Part shown: one piece after another, positions 1 through 9,454 of the stretch
Position numbering within the stretch: position 1 is the first letter of the stretch
How the letters are laid out: the number at the start of each line of letters is the position of its first letter
Virus record (IMG/VR): IMGVR_UViG_3300013101_001415
Length of the DNA stretch: 64,000 nt
Direction: 5' to 3' (one strand)
From: a virus
Notes under the pieces: generated by a model
What the model saw: the letters and a program-made list of their open reading frames with translations, nothing else
Told to the model about the DNA's origin: nothing
The model's database searches: none
Translations under genes and position numbers: made by a program

Positions 1-36
1 CTCTCAAAAGAACAAGATAAAATCCAAGATGAAGTT

Positions 37-1227
37 TTGGATTGGTATCGAACCAGGTATAGTGATGTGATCAGAATCGTGGGTTACGCAGGTACTGGAA
101 AAACAACACTCATGACTAAAATTGCATCTAATATCAGGAGAAATAAAGATCTTGGAAGGAGAGGTGCATATAATATTGCTTTTTGTGCATTTACTGGAAA
201 GGCTGCATTTGTTTTGGAAAATAAATTACTAGAAAATGGTTCTGTAAAAAATGAAGATTATGTCGGAACCATACATGGATTATTATACTCACCCAGATAT
301 AAAAGAAAAAATGGGAAGAAAGTTATAGCTGGGTGGGTATTAAAATCTGACTTAGATGTAGACTTAATCATAGTAGATGAAGGTTCAATGATATCTAAAG
401 AATTATGGTCAGATTTATTGTCTTATGGTATTCCTATAATTGTGTGTGGAGACCATGGACAATTACCACCAGTTGGTGCAAGGTTTGATTTATTAAAAGA
501 CGCCGATTTTCAATTAAAAGAAATACACAGACAAGCTCTTGATAATCCAATTATTCAATTAACAATTGATATAAGAAAAACAGGTTATATAAAACCAGGT
601 ATTTATAATAAACATGTGTTTAAATTAGATTGGAATAATGAACAGACTAAACAAATTTATAATAAACTTGATTGGTCAGAGGAAGGAAAAAATATTATCC
701 AATTATGTGGTTTTAATAAAACTAGAGTTAATTTAAATAAAGCTATTAGAAAAAAATTAAATTATAAATTGGATGATCCATATCCAGGTGAAAGGGTTAT
801 ATGTCTTAAAAATAACCACTCTACAGGTATTAAGAATGGTCAATTAGGATCTCTTGTATGGGTTTATAATGCAGGAAAAGATTTATATGATTTGACTATT
901 CAGATGGATGGTTTTGGAGATAATTTACATTCCAGCTTAGCTCATAGAGAAAGTTTCGGAAAAGATATATATAACGATGTGATGGAAATTGACTTCAAAA
1001 AAACATATGCTAAAAAATTAAAAGAATATGATCAAGGTGATATTGATTTGTTTGATTTTGGTTATGCAACAACTGTACATAAAAGTCAAGGGTCTGAATG
1101 GGAAAAAGTAGTATTGTTTGAACAAAGAAATCAATACCAAAATGATCAAGATTATGCTCGTTGGTTATATACTGCAGCGACAAGAGCGAAAGAAAAGTTA
1201 TTTATAATTTATAATTACTGGGGTTAA
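37..1227 (+). CDS. dda: Dda-like SF1B DNA helicase (RecD/Pif1 family); may start upstream of window
   Basis: Walker A GYAGTGKTT near N-terminus; DEGSM Walker B-like; C-terminal VHKSQGSEW motif typical of RecD/Dda helicases. Confidence 0.8.
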   Translation: MDWYRTRYSDVIRIVGYAGTGKTTLMTKIASNIRRNKDLGRRGAYNIAFCAFTGKAAFVLENKLLENGSVKNEDYVGTIHGLLYSPRYKRKNGKKVIAGWVLKSDLDVDLIIVDEGSMISKELWSDLLSYGIPIIVCGDHGQLPPVGARFDLLKDADFQLKEIHRQALDNPIIQLTIDIRKTGYIKPGIYNKHVFKLDWNNEQTKQIYNKLDWSEEGKNIIQLCGFNKTRVNLNKAIRKKLNYKLDDPYPGERVICLKNNHSTGIKNGQLGSLVWVYNAGKDLYDLTIQMDGFGDNLHSSLAHRESFGKDIYNDVMEIDFKKTYAKKLKEYDQGDIDLFDFGYATTVHKSQGSEWEKVVLFEQRNQYQNDQDYARWLYTAATRAKEKLFIIYNYWG

Positions 1228-1228
1228 A

Positions 1229-1783
1229 ATGAAACAAGAAGAATTAACAAAAATATCAAAATATCTTAGTTATATTCTTAGACATAAACCAGAGTCAATA
1301 GGTATAAAATTAAGTGAAAACGGGTGGTGTTCAATTGATGAATTAATTGAAAAAACAACCAAATTTAATTTAACCAAAGAAGTTATTGATATTGTAATTC
1401 AAACAAATGACAAACAGAGATTTATTTCAAATTTAAGTAGTACTATGATTAGAGCAAATCAGGGTCATTCAATTGATATTGATTTGGGGTTAGAACCTAT
1501 TAAACCTCCAACGAGATTATTTCATGGAACTGCAATTCGATTTATGGATAGTATTAAAAAGAAAGGTATAACTAAACAAAATAGACAATATGTTCATCTT
1601 AGTGAATCTATTTCTATAGCTTGGCATGTAGGAAGTCGTCATGGTAAACCAATAGTTTTGTTTATTTCATGTGATAAAATGATTAAGGATGGTTATAAAT
1701 TTTATAAATCTGAAAATAATGTTTGGTTGGTAAATGATATTCCATATGAATATATAAAAATAAGGAGTCACAATGAATATTAA
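1229..1783 (+). CDS. kptA: RNA 2'-phosphotransferase Tpt1/KptA
   Basis: Near-colinear match to KptA: LSKYLSYILRHKPESIGIKL..GW, RFIS, QGHS, LFHGT, YVHLS, GSRHGKPIVL, NVWL. Confidence 0.85.
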   Translation: MKQEELTKISKYLSYILRHKPESIGIKLSENGWCSIDELIEKTTKFNLTKEVIDIVIQTNDKQRFISNLSSTMIRANQGHSIDIDLGLEPIKPPTRLFHGTAIRFMDSIKKKGITKQNRQYVHLSESISIAWHVGSRHGKPIVLFISCDKMIKDGYKFYKSENNVWLVNDIPYEYIKIRSHNEY

Positions 1784-2174
1784 ATCAATGACAAATGTTT
1801 TTGACGACATGTTAGGAAGTATTAATTATGAAGATAAAGGACTTTATAATTTTAAAGTTCGTGTTGGAGTAGTTAAATATCGACCACCAAGACATGAATT
1901 TTTTGATAATATGAGACAGATGGGATTGGTAAATATTGATGCAGTTTTAAATCATAAACCATTAAAAAACCCAGAAGAATTAACCTTTGTGTTTCCTGAA
2001 GCACATATGAGTGTACACGAAGAATACAGATTCATGAGTGAATTAAACAATCACCCAGAAACTGATAAAATTAAACAAGTAGATATATTAACTAAATCTC
2101 CTATAATGGTATCTGGTTTTCAAAGAGAAATGATAGTTATATTAACTTGGGAAGATGATGATTATTCATCATAA
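1773..2174 (+). CDS. hypothetical protein
   Basis: ORF with 4-nt overlap to upstream gene; no recognisable motif. Confidence 0.45.
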   Translation: MNIKSMTNVFDDMLGSINYEDKGLYNFKVRVGVVKYRPPRHEFFDNMRQMGLVNIDAVLNHKPLKNPEELTFVFPEAHMSVHEEYRFMSELNNHPETDKIKQVDILTKSPIMVSGFQREMIVILTWEDDDYSS

Positions 2175-2204
2175 AAATTTTGATTTAAATAATGGGGGTA
2201 TTTT

Positions 2205-2396
2205 ATGCCGTGTTCATGTGAAGGGTTTCCACCATCACCTTGTTATGGTGATTTAATTGGATCAGCAGAAGATGCAATTAAAAAGATAAGAAAATTAGAA
2301 AGAGAGTTAGATGAATGTGAAAATAATAATGATAAATTAAAAGAAGAACTTAAATCTTTAAAGAAAGCATTTAAAATACTTGGTAGTGGAGGATAA
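2205..2396 (+). CDS. small coiled-coil protein with N-terminal Cys pair
   Basis: RBS-like GGGGG upstream; heptad-like KKIRKLERELDECENNNDKLKEELKSLKK. Confidence 0.4.
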   Translation: MPCSCEGFPPSPCYGDLIGSAEDAIKKIRKLERELDECENNNDKLKEELKSLKKAFKILGSGG

Positions 2397-2618
2397 ATGA
2401 TGGTAAACTGGTCATTATATATAGGACTTTGTTGTTATAATATATTAGATATATATCAAACAATTATATTATTTAGTTTGGGTGTGTGGGAAGGAAATCC
2501 ATTATATCGTCTTCTGATGAGAAATGAAAATGATATACTTCCCATAATAGTAGTTAAACTTTCAATTTTGATTATTCTTGGAATTTTTATTTATAAACAT
2601 CAAAAAAAGGTAGTGTAA
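2397..2618 (+). CDS. small membrane protein
   Basis: two hydrophobic segments; start overlaps previous stop (TAAATGATG). Confidence 0.4.
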   Translation: MMVNWSLYIGLCCYNILDIYQTIILFSLGVWEGNPLYRLLMRNENDILPIIVVKLSILIILGIFIYKHQKKVV

Positions 2619-2619
2619 A

Positions 2620-2943
2620 ATGTATATTTTAATATTAATTATATGGATTCATTTTATATCTGATTTTGCATTTCAATCAGATCAAATGGCTCTAAATAAA
2701 AGTGAAAATATAAATTGGTTAGGAATTCACTGCATGGTATATTCAATTCCATTTTTAATAATTGGATTAGAATTTGCATTAATAACTTGTGGTGCTCATT
2801 TTATAGTTGATTATATTACCTCTAAAATAACAAAATATTTTTGGGAAAAAAATGAAAGACATTGGTTTTTTGTTACTATTGGGATTGATCAAGCTATTCA
2901 CTTGACATGTTTAATTCTTACTCTAAAATTTTTATATCATTAA
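2620..2943 (+). CDS. membrane protein (3 predicted TM helices)
   Basis: hydrophobic helices throughout; tightly packed after upstream gene. Confidence 0.45.
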   Translation: MYILILIIWIHFISDFAFQSDQMALNKSENINWLGIHCMVYSIPFLIIGLEFALITCGAHFIVDYITSKITKYFWEKNERHWFFVTIGIDQAIHLTCLILTLKFLYH

Positions 2944-2954
2944 AAGGAGAAAAA

Positions 2955-3107
2955 ATGAATATACAAGATGAGGTAATAGAAATAATTAAAGAAACTAATT
3001 CGTTTATTAAAGCACTAGAAGTTCTAAAAAAAAGAGTTGAAAAAAGAACTAAAGGTGCAATGACTATAAAAAACGGAATGTTACAATTTAAAGAAGGAAA
3101 TATATAA
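2955..3107 (+). CDS. small hypothetical protein (start chosen at ATG after AAGGAG)
   Basis: AAGGAGAAAAAATG RBS context; overlaps 3' end of upstream gene. Confidence 0.35.
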   Translation: MNIQDEVIEIIKETNSFIKALEVLKKRVEKRTKGAMTIKNGMLQFKEGNI

Positions 3108-3394
3108 TGAATTTTAATTTTTTTAAAAAACAAAAAGTTAAAAAAACCATAAATGAAACTTATTGGTCATTAGATATTAAATTAAAAAATGGAACATCAT
3201 CCTGTATGTCAACAAACAAACCTGACTCAGAAAATTTTAAAGGAAGGTTTTGTTTTGATAATGTTTTTGAATGGTTTATGTGTTCTAACAACCCATATTA
3301 TAATTTTAAATTTAATGATGGTTCGGCAATCCTTATTCGAGATCAAATAGTGATAATGGATTTAACAAAAACAATAAGAAAGGTTAAAATATGA
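3107..3394 (+). CDS. hypothetical protein
   Basis: ORF with TAATG overlap start. Confidence 0.4.
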   Translation: MNFNFFKKQKVKKTINETYWSLDIKLKNGTSSCMSTNKPDSENFKGRFCFDNVFEWFMCSNNPYYNFKFNDGSAILIRDQIVIMDLTKTIRKVKI

Positions 3395-3585
3395 ATCCAT
3401 ATATTTGGAAAACCACTTGTAGAATTTGTGGTGGTAAAGGTATGGCTACATCAAGTGATATGGCTAACGGTTATTTTGAAGGCGGAGTAGCACATAAAAA
3501 CCCAGACATATGTAGACAAAGGTTAGAACAAAAATCAATTGATTTAAAAAAGAGAGAAGAAAATTTAAATCAAATAGAAAAATAA
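3391..3585 (+). CDS. small Cys-containing protein
   Basis: CRICGG..C pattern; ATGA overlap with upstream. Confidence 0.4.
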   Translation: MNPYIWKTTCRICGGKGMATSSDMANGYFEGGVAHKNPDICRQRLEQKSIDLKKREENLNQIEK

Positions 3586-3588
3586 GAG

Positions 3589-4341
3589 GTGAAAATGGAA
3601 ACAATAGATGAAAATATATCTATAGATAAAACTATATTAGATCAAAAGTATCCACTGTTGGATAAGTTTAAAGAGATATGTCCTGGTACTTTTAAACATT
3701 CACAAAATGTTGCAAGTATGTGCGATACAGTTGCAATTGAATTGGGTTTAAATATAGATTTGTTAAGATGTGCAGCTCTATATCATGATTGCGGAAAAAT
3801 GAATAATCCAATGTACTTTTCTGAAAATCAAGATGAAAATAATATCCATGATGATTTGGAACCCTACATGTCTTATCAAATTATAACAAGACATGTTGGA
3901 GATAGCATATTATATTTACTTCAAATTCCTGATTTACCACCAGAAGTTATTGAAATAGTTAGTCAACATCATGGTGATACTGTATTGAAGGCGTTTTGGA
4001 ATAAAGATAAAAAAGCACCTGAAGATAAATATAGATATAAATGTTCTAAACCAATTTCATCTGAATCTTTAATTTTGATGATATGTGATTCAGTTGAAGC
4101 AACAACCAGAGCTTTGTTTAATAGTGGTGATGGAAAAGATGATTTTATACAACAAGCTATTGATAGTACTATCTTTAGATTGATGGATGATGAACAATTG
4201 GATAATATGAAAATTGGTGTTTTAAATAAAACCAAAAAAATTCTAATTAAAGAACTTGAAAGTATTTATCATAAAAGAGTTGTTTATAAAGAAGATGAAA
4301 AAGAAGATCTAACAGTTGGCGAAATTAGAACAGGAGATTAA
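3589..4341 (+). CDS. HD-domain metal-dependent phosphohydrolase
   Basis: H..SQNVA then YHDCGK (HD motif) and downstream His/Asp residues typical of the HD superfamily. Confidence 0.7.
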   Translation: MKMETIDENISIDKTILDQKYPLLDKFKEICPGTFKHSQNVASMCDTVAIELGLNIDLLRCAALYHDCGKMNNPMYFSENQDENNIHDDLEPYMSYQIITRHVGDSILYLLQIPDLPPEVIEIVSQHHGDTVLKAFWNKDKKAPEDKYRYKCSKPISSESLILMICDSVEATTRALFNSGDGKDDFIQQAIDSTIFRLMDDEQLDNMKIGVLNKTKKILIKELESIYHKRVVYKEDEKEDLTVGEIRTGD

Positions 4342-4344
4342 ATT

Positions 4345-4536
4345 ATGAGAGATGGTGTAAAATTTGTAGATGGTGTTCCAAACGCAAAGAGAAGAGCTGC
4401 TAAAAAAGCTCGTGGTTTTGGTATGGGAAAAATTGGATCTGATGAAAAACGTGTTATTGATGTTTGGTGTCAGAGTCATGATCCTCTTTTTAAAGTGAAA
4501 GGAAAAGAGCGCCATAGAAGAATGATGATGATGTAA
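4345..4536 (+). CDS. small basic protein
   Basis: Lys/Arg-rich 63 aa ORF; function unknown. Confidence 0.35.
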   Translation: MRDGVKFVDGVPNAKRRAAKKARGFGMGKIGSDEKRVIDVWCQSHDPLFKVKGKERHRRMMMM

Positions 4537-4659
4537 TAAATTTAAAGGAAATATTAGAATAAAGTAAATAGCTTGGGTGAGGTATGGGAAGGTTAATAAA
4601 TAACCGCTGGGAGGCATAGTCTTGATCAAACTTAGTTAGTAAGTAACCCAAGTTAAAAA

Positions 4660-4696
4660 TGTAACTCCTGATTAATAGGGAGTTACATTTTTTTTG
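4660..4696 (+). terminator. rho-independent terminator-like hairpin
   Basis: GTAACTCC-loop-GGAGTTAC followed by TTTTTTTT; lies in the 230-bp gap before the clamp-loader gene. Confidence 0.6.
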
Positions 4697-4773
4697 TTGT
4701 AATTTTTTATTTAAGAAACTATTTTATACTAATGGAACATATTATAAAGGAAATATTAATTGGAGAAGATTAA

Positions 4774-5757
4774 ATGAAAATGGAAAATTCACTTTGGGTA
4801 GAAAAATTTCGCCCAAAGATAATTGAAGATGTAATTTTACCAGAACAATATTCAACAGAAATTAAAAGTTTTGTTAAAAAGAATAAATTACCAAACCTTC
4901 TTTTAAGTGGTCCTGCAGGTGGTGGTAAGACAACATTAGCTCGTATTATATGTAGCAAAGAGGGTGTGTTACAAATACCAAAATCAAATCTATTAATGGC
5001 TAATGGTTCTAGCCAAAAAACAAGATCTATTAATTTTACTCAGCAAGTTATAGAACCTTTTTTACGTGTACCCCCTGCTGGTACAGATAAATACAAAATA
5101 GTTTTTATTGATGAAGCAGACAATTTAACCCAAGAAAGTTTCTTATCTTTAAGGGGAATAATTGAAAAATATCAAATTAGATACGGTAGATTTATTTTTA
5201 CATGTAACTATCCTTCAAAAATTCCAGATCCCATAGTTAGCAGATTCACTCATTTTTCTTTTAAACAAATGCCAATGGATTTTGTTGAGGCGTATACAAC
5301 TAAAATACTCAAAGAAGAAAATATTGAATATAGAGAAGAAGATATAAGATATATAATTGAAAACTTATATCCAGATGTTAGAAAAATAGTAAATTTATTA
5401 CAACGTAATAGTAATACTGGAAAATTAAATGTTAATAAAGATATTGCCCTCACGACAGAAAAAGCTCTAATTGCTTCAGTTGTCGAAATAATGAATTATA
5501 TTAAAATTGGTAAAGGTTCTATGATTAATAAAGAAGTAAATAATATAATTAAATTACTAGATAAACAAGATTTAGAATTTGGTAATATTTATGAAGTTTT
5601 ATTTAATCATAAAGCAATACCAGTTCCAGCTAAAATCATATGTAATAAATATTCAAGAGATCATTTAAGTTGTTTGGTGCCTAGTATGCATGTATCAGCA
5701 ATGATCTTTGAAATGATTCAATCATGTACTGCATACTTTCAAAATATAAAGAGGTGA
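4774..5757 (+). CDS. 44: sliding-clamp loader ATPase (T4 gp44-like, RFC small-subunit family)
   Basis: Walker A LLLSGPAGGGKTT, Walker B/DEAD-like FIDEADNLT, SRF (SRC-like) motif. Confidence 0.8.
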   Translation: MKMENSLWVEKFRPKIIEDVILPEQYSTEIKSFVKKNKLPNLLLSGPAGGGKTTLARIICSKEGVLQIPKSNLLMANGSSQKTRSINFTQQVIEPFLRVPPAGTDKYKIVFIDEADNLTQESFLSLRGIIEKYQIRYGRFIFTCNYPSKIPDPIVSRFTHFSFKQMPMDFVEAYTTKILKEENIEYREEDIRYIIENLYPDVRKIVNLLQRNSNTGKLNVNKDIALTTEKALIASVVEIMNYIKIGKGSMINKEVNNIIKLLDKQDLEFGNIYEVLFNHKAIPVPAKIICNKYSRDHLSCLVPSMHVSAMIFEMIQSCTAYFQNIKR

Positions 5758-5761
5758 TAAA

Positions 5762-5947
5762 ATGGTTGAGGTGATTAAAACAACAGAACATAAAGATGGA
5801 TCAGCAACAATAGAGTTAGAATTAACACAAGAAGAAATAAATACATTTGTTGAACTTGGTGTTAATCAAGCATTAAGAGATTATATCAATAAGAAAGAGG
5901 ATGAAAAAAATGTTTCTAACCCCAACTCAAATGTTGAAGGCGAATAA
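5762..5947 (+). CDS. small acidic protein
   Basis: 61 aa ORF; no motif. Confidence 0.4.
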   Translation: MVEVIKTTEHKDGSATIELELTQEEINTFVELGVNQALRDYINKKEDEKNVSNPNSNVEGE

Positions 5948-6248
5948 AAAAAGGGATTTAATTAGACAAAACTTTTCTGAATCTATTAGACCATGTAATC
6001 ATTGTAATGGAACAGGATTAGATAATATAGCTAGTCTTGAAGGGGATTATGCTTGGGATGGTAGTAGTTTTTGTGATCATTGTGAAGGTATTGGTTATTT
6101 GAGCTGGAAAGAAACAATGACTAAAAAACTTTGTCCAAGATGTAAAGGTTATGGGAAAATTGGTAACACACCATGTTCTGGATGCCATGGAGAAGGATTA
6201 GTTGATTGGTTAAGATATATGATGATTGGAGGATCTAAAGAAAAATGA
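5910..6248 (+). CDS. stand-alone DnaJ-type cysteine-rich (CR) zinc-finger protein
   Basis: four CxxCxGxG repeats: CNHCNGTG, CDHCEGIG, CPRCKGYG, CSGCHGEG; start taken at second ATG with better RBS spacing. Confidence 0.6.
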   Translation: MFLTPTQMLKANKKRDLIRQNFSESIRPCNHCNGTGLDNIASLEGDYAWDGSSFCDHCEGIGYLSWKETMTKKLCPRCKGYGKIGNTPCSGCHGEGLVDWLRYMMIGGSKEK

Positions 6249-6538
6249 TTTTATTAGAAAGATTAAAAAATATTTTAAAAATAGATAAATTTAAAAAACA
6301 TACATTTCCATGTATTGATTGTTTAATTCTACCAACTGGTTGTAGTGAAATATGTGATAAAGTTGAAACTAACAAAGAAAAAATAAAAAAGTTATTTTTA
6401 AAATATGAATGTTGTATAGATTGCGGATCAACTCATTTACTTGAAGGTCCATCAGGTGGTATGTCACAAAATATTTCATGTGCAAAATGTGGTCATAGAT
6501 TTAATATGGCGTTACCACTATTTATAGAAAGAATATAG
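6245..6538 (+). CDS. PCxxCL-Cys4 mini-protein family member 1 with C-terminal Zn-ribbon
   Basis: FPCIDCLILPTGCSEICD motif shared with three other ORFs in the window; extra CCIDCGS..CAKCGH ribbon. Confidence 0.5.
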   Translation: MILLERLKNILKIDKFKKHTFPCIDCLILPTGCSEICDKVETNKEKIKKLFLKYECCIDCGSTHLLEGPSGGMSQNISCAKCGHRFNMALPLFIERI

Positions 6539-6548
6539 GAGATAAAAA

Positions 6549-6821
6549 ATGGGAAATGAACACGGTAATATGCAAGGGATGAGTCAGGGAACATGTCCAG
6601 AATGTGGATTTTCACACCCTCCAGTAGCAGGTGGATGTCCAATGAAAAAGAAAAAACAAAAAAGTCCATCAGGACAAAGCATTGATTATAATATATTATT
6701 TACACCATTAAAAAAAATATTATATTCTCAGATTAAAATGAAAGATATAAAAGATGTTAATAAAATGTTTCAATCAATGATAGTTAGTTGTACTAAAATT
6801 GCTGAAGAATATAAAGAATAA
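6549..6821 (+). CDS. Zn-ribbon protein
   Basis: CPECGF..GGCP motif. Confidence 0.45.
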   Translation: MGNEHGNMQGMSQGTCPECGFSHPPVAGGCPMKKKKQKSPSGQSIDYNILFTPLKKILYSQIKMKDIKDVNKMFQSMIVSCTKIAEEYKE

Positions 6822-7057
6822 TGTTTCCATGTAGAGAATGTTTAGTAGCACCTACATGCACAGAGTTATGTAAAGAACTAAAAAATCGTTCTAGAGAATC
6901 AGTTTCTAAATTTTTAACTGAATATAAAATTTGTCCTGATTGTGGTGAAAAAAATTATTTTAATACAAATTCTTCTATGCTTTATCAATTAAAATGTAAA
7001 TATTGTAATAATATATTTAAAATGTATGGATTAAATTTTTTAGAGAGAGATAAATAA
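6821..7057 (+). CDS. PCxxCL-Cys4 mini-protein family member 2
   Basis: MFPCRECLVAPTCTELCKEL plus CPDCGE..CKYCNN ribbon. Confidence 0.5.
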   Translation: MFPCRECLVAPTCTELCKELKNRSRESVSKFLTEYKICPDCGEKNYFNTNSSMLYQLKCKYCNNIFKMYGLNFLERDK

Positions 7058-8050
7058 ATGGGGACAGTAGGTATATATAATGAAGAATTTTTAAATTATC
7101 TTGAAGTTAATTTAGGTTCAATAAAAACCAATCCTAAGAATATTATTACTAAATGCCCTTGGTGTGATTTAGGAGTAGAAACATCTAAAGACCATTTATG
7201 GATTTCAATGCATGATCCTATATTTCATTGCTTTAGAGGTGGATGTAATCAAAGCGGATTAATTAGAAAACTTACGGAAAAGATAGAAGGTAAAGATTCT
7301 TCATCTACTTATGTTAATAAAGAACAAGTTAAACACTTTAAAGTAGAAAAAGTAAAATTTGAAAAAAATGAATTTAAACCAAAAGATATTATATTACCAA
7401 AATTAAATACTGATAAGTTTTCTTTAAAATCATTATACATTAAACAAAGATTTAAATTTGAAAACATACCATTAGATTCTGTTAGTGGGTTAGTGTTTGA
7501 TATTGATGAATTAATAAGAATAAATAATATACAATTAGATGAAAAAGTTTTAAGGTTTAAAGATTATTTACAAACTAACTTTGTGGGGTTTTTAACTGAA
7601 AATCAATCTTGTGTATCCATGAGAAACATTGACAGCAAATCAGAGTTTAGATATTATAAATTAAATATTCAACCATCACAATTATTAGATTATTATAAGT
7701 TGTTTGGGTTTAAAAAAAATTCAAAACATATTATTATGGCGGAGGGAATATTTGATATTTACTCTGAACATATATATAATGTGCTAGAATTAAAGAATAA
7801 AGCTGCAGCTTATATAGCAGCCTTATCAACTTCGTACGCAGCAGCTATAAAAAGTGTTGTTTTTAATGAACAAATTTTTAGACCAATAATACATATTTTA
7901 TCTGACAGAGAAATACCTATAAAATATTACGAGAAAATTATGAAATATAATAAACATTTAATAGAATCATTACATGTATATTATAATAAAACGGGAAAAG
8001 ATTTTAATGATACACCAATTAATATAAGCTGTACTAATATTTTAAGTTAA
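7058..8050 (+). CDS. 61: DNA primase (T4 gp61/DnaG-like)
   Basis: N-terminal zinc ribbon CPWCDLG...FHCFRGGCNQSG (DnaG-type HCFGCG); TOPRIM-like EGIFD. Confidence 0.75.
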   Translation: MGTVGIYNEEFLNYLEVNLGSIKTNPKNIITKCPWCDLGVETSKDHLWISMHDPIFHCFRGGCNQSGLIRKLTEKIEGKDSSSTYVNKEQVKHFKVEKVKFEKNEFKPKDIILPKLNTDKFSLKSLYIKQRFKFENIPLDSVSGLVFDIDELIRINNIQLDEKVLRFKDYLQTNFVGFLTENQSCVSMRNIDSKSEFRYYKLNIQPSQLLDYYKLFGFKKNSKHIIMAEGIFDIYSEHIYNVLELKNKAAAYIAALSTSYAAAIKSVVFNEQIFRPIIHILSDREIPIKYYEKIMKYNKHLIESLHVYYNKTGKDFNDTPINISCTNILS

Positions 8051-8066
8051 AGAGGGAAACAATGTA

Positions 8067-8453
8067 ATGGACAAAAAATTAAAACAAAAACTAAAAGATG
8101 CTTTTGATCAAACAATAGAAAGTAATGATTTAAAGTATGATGGAAATTTAAAAAATATTGATTATTTTGGTTTGTTTTGTAAGGCAGGAGCTAAAGATAA
8201 ATTATATAAATTTTTAGGGTTGAATACATGTTTATTTAATTATATACATGAAAAGAAAGATTCTATATTAATTATATTTTCCATACCAAACGGAGAAGAA
8301 TCAAGCACAAAATTTATAGCTGATAAAGTTATGGATATAGTTGAACTATGTGAAAGTATATTTGTAACAACAGATTATATAAAATCAAAAGAAGTGAAAG
8401 ATGATAGATTTATTTATGTGTCTATTATCAAAAAATTAAATAACGGAAATTAA
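8067..8453 (+). CDS. hypothetical protein
   Basis: ORF with RBS AGAGGGAAACAATG. Confidence 0.45.
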   Translation: MDKKLKQKLKDAFDQTIESNDLKYDGNLKNIDYFGLFCKAGAKDKLYKFLGLNTCLFNYIHEKKDSILIIFSIPNGEESSTKFIADKVMDIVELCESIFVTTDYIKSKEVKDDRFIYVSIIKKLNNGN

Positions 8454-8465
8454 GGAGAAGAAGAC

Positions 8466-9218
8466 ATGGAGCAAGTGAATTTAAGCATGGAGGATTATGA
8501 ACAATTTCTAAGATGTTTATCTATTTTAAAGGATGTTTGTAATGATGCAGATATTCATGATGGTATTCTTAGACAAAGAACAAATGATAGTGCAAATGTA
8601 TTTGAAATTGATATGACTTCAGTTATTGATACAATAGATATACCTTTAGTTAATTTAAAACAAAAACTTGATTTATTAAAAATATTTATAAATCAAAATT
8701 CAGATCAAAGTCAAACAGTAGATATTTCTGTTGATGATGATGGAAATTTTACATTTTCAGATGAATATTCTTCTATTAAATTTCAAGGTCCAGAATTAGA
8801 ATATATGGACAACAGGTTTATCACAGAAGAAGAACTTGAAACAATTTTTACATTGAATGAAGAAGATATAATTCTTCAAACAAATATAGAACTAAATATT
8901 TCAGATAGAATGAGAATTATTGCTCAAAACTTTAATGTAACTTCAACTCAAATAGAATTTGAAGAAGAAAATGCTTCTATTTGTATGGAAACACCTGGTC
9001 ATGATCAAAGTGCTAAAATTTTATCTAATATTACATTAGAACAACCAATGACATGTAATAGTAGTTTAATTAATACACCATTTATTATTGACCATGATGG
9101 AAAAATAGAATTAAAGATGTATAATTATCAAGAACAAATTTGTTCAAATACTTTTAAAACTTCTATTTCTGACATTGATATTACTATTTATGGAAGGAGT
9201 AGTTTAAACGAGGAGTAA
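8466..9218 (+). CDS. hypothetical acidic protein
   Basis: 250 aa; Asp/Glu-rich; RBS GGAGAAGAAGACATG. Confidence 0.5.
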   Translation: MEQVNLSMEDYEQFLRCLSILKDVCNDADIHDGILRQRTNDSANVFEIDMTSVIDTIDIPLVNLKQKLDLLKIFINQNSDQSQTVDISVDDDGNFTFSDEYSSIKFQGPELEYMDNRFITEEELETIFTLNEEDIILQTNIELNISDRMRIIAQNFNVTSTQIEFEEENASICMETPGHDQSAKILSNITLEQPMTCNSSLINTPFIIDHDGKIELKMYNYQEQICSNTFKTSISDIDITIYGRSSLNEE

Positions 9219-9222
9219 TATT

Positions 9223-9447
9223 ATGTATGTACATTGCAATAAATGTCACCATGAATGGGAATGTACAAATGAAGATGAAAGAGAATGTGATTGGTGTGGA
9301 GGTGATTCTTATAGTTTAGAAGATGAAACCTCCTTAGAAAAAATGGCGTTGAATGTAGATGATGTGATTGTAAATTTACAAAAATTAAATAACCCATTAG
9401 CAGATAGAATAATTAAGAAAATTTCAGAACATCCAAAAAAGAAGTAG
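9223..9447 (+). CDS. Zn-ribbon protein
   Basis: CNKCHH...C...CDWCGG. Confidence 0.45.
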   Translation: MYVHCNKCHHEWECTNEDERECDWCGGDSYSLEDETSLEKMALNVDDVIVNLQKLNNPLADRIIKKISEHPKKK

Positions 9448-9454
9448 GTTTAAT

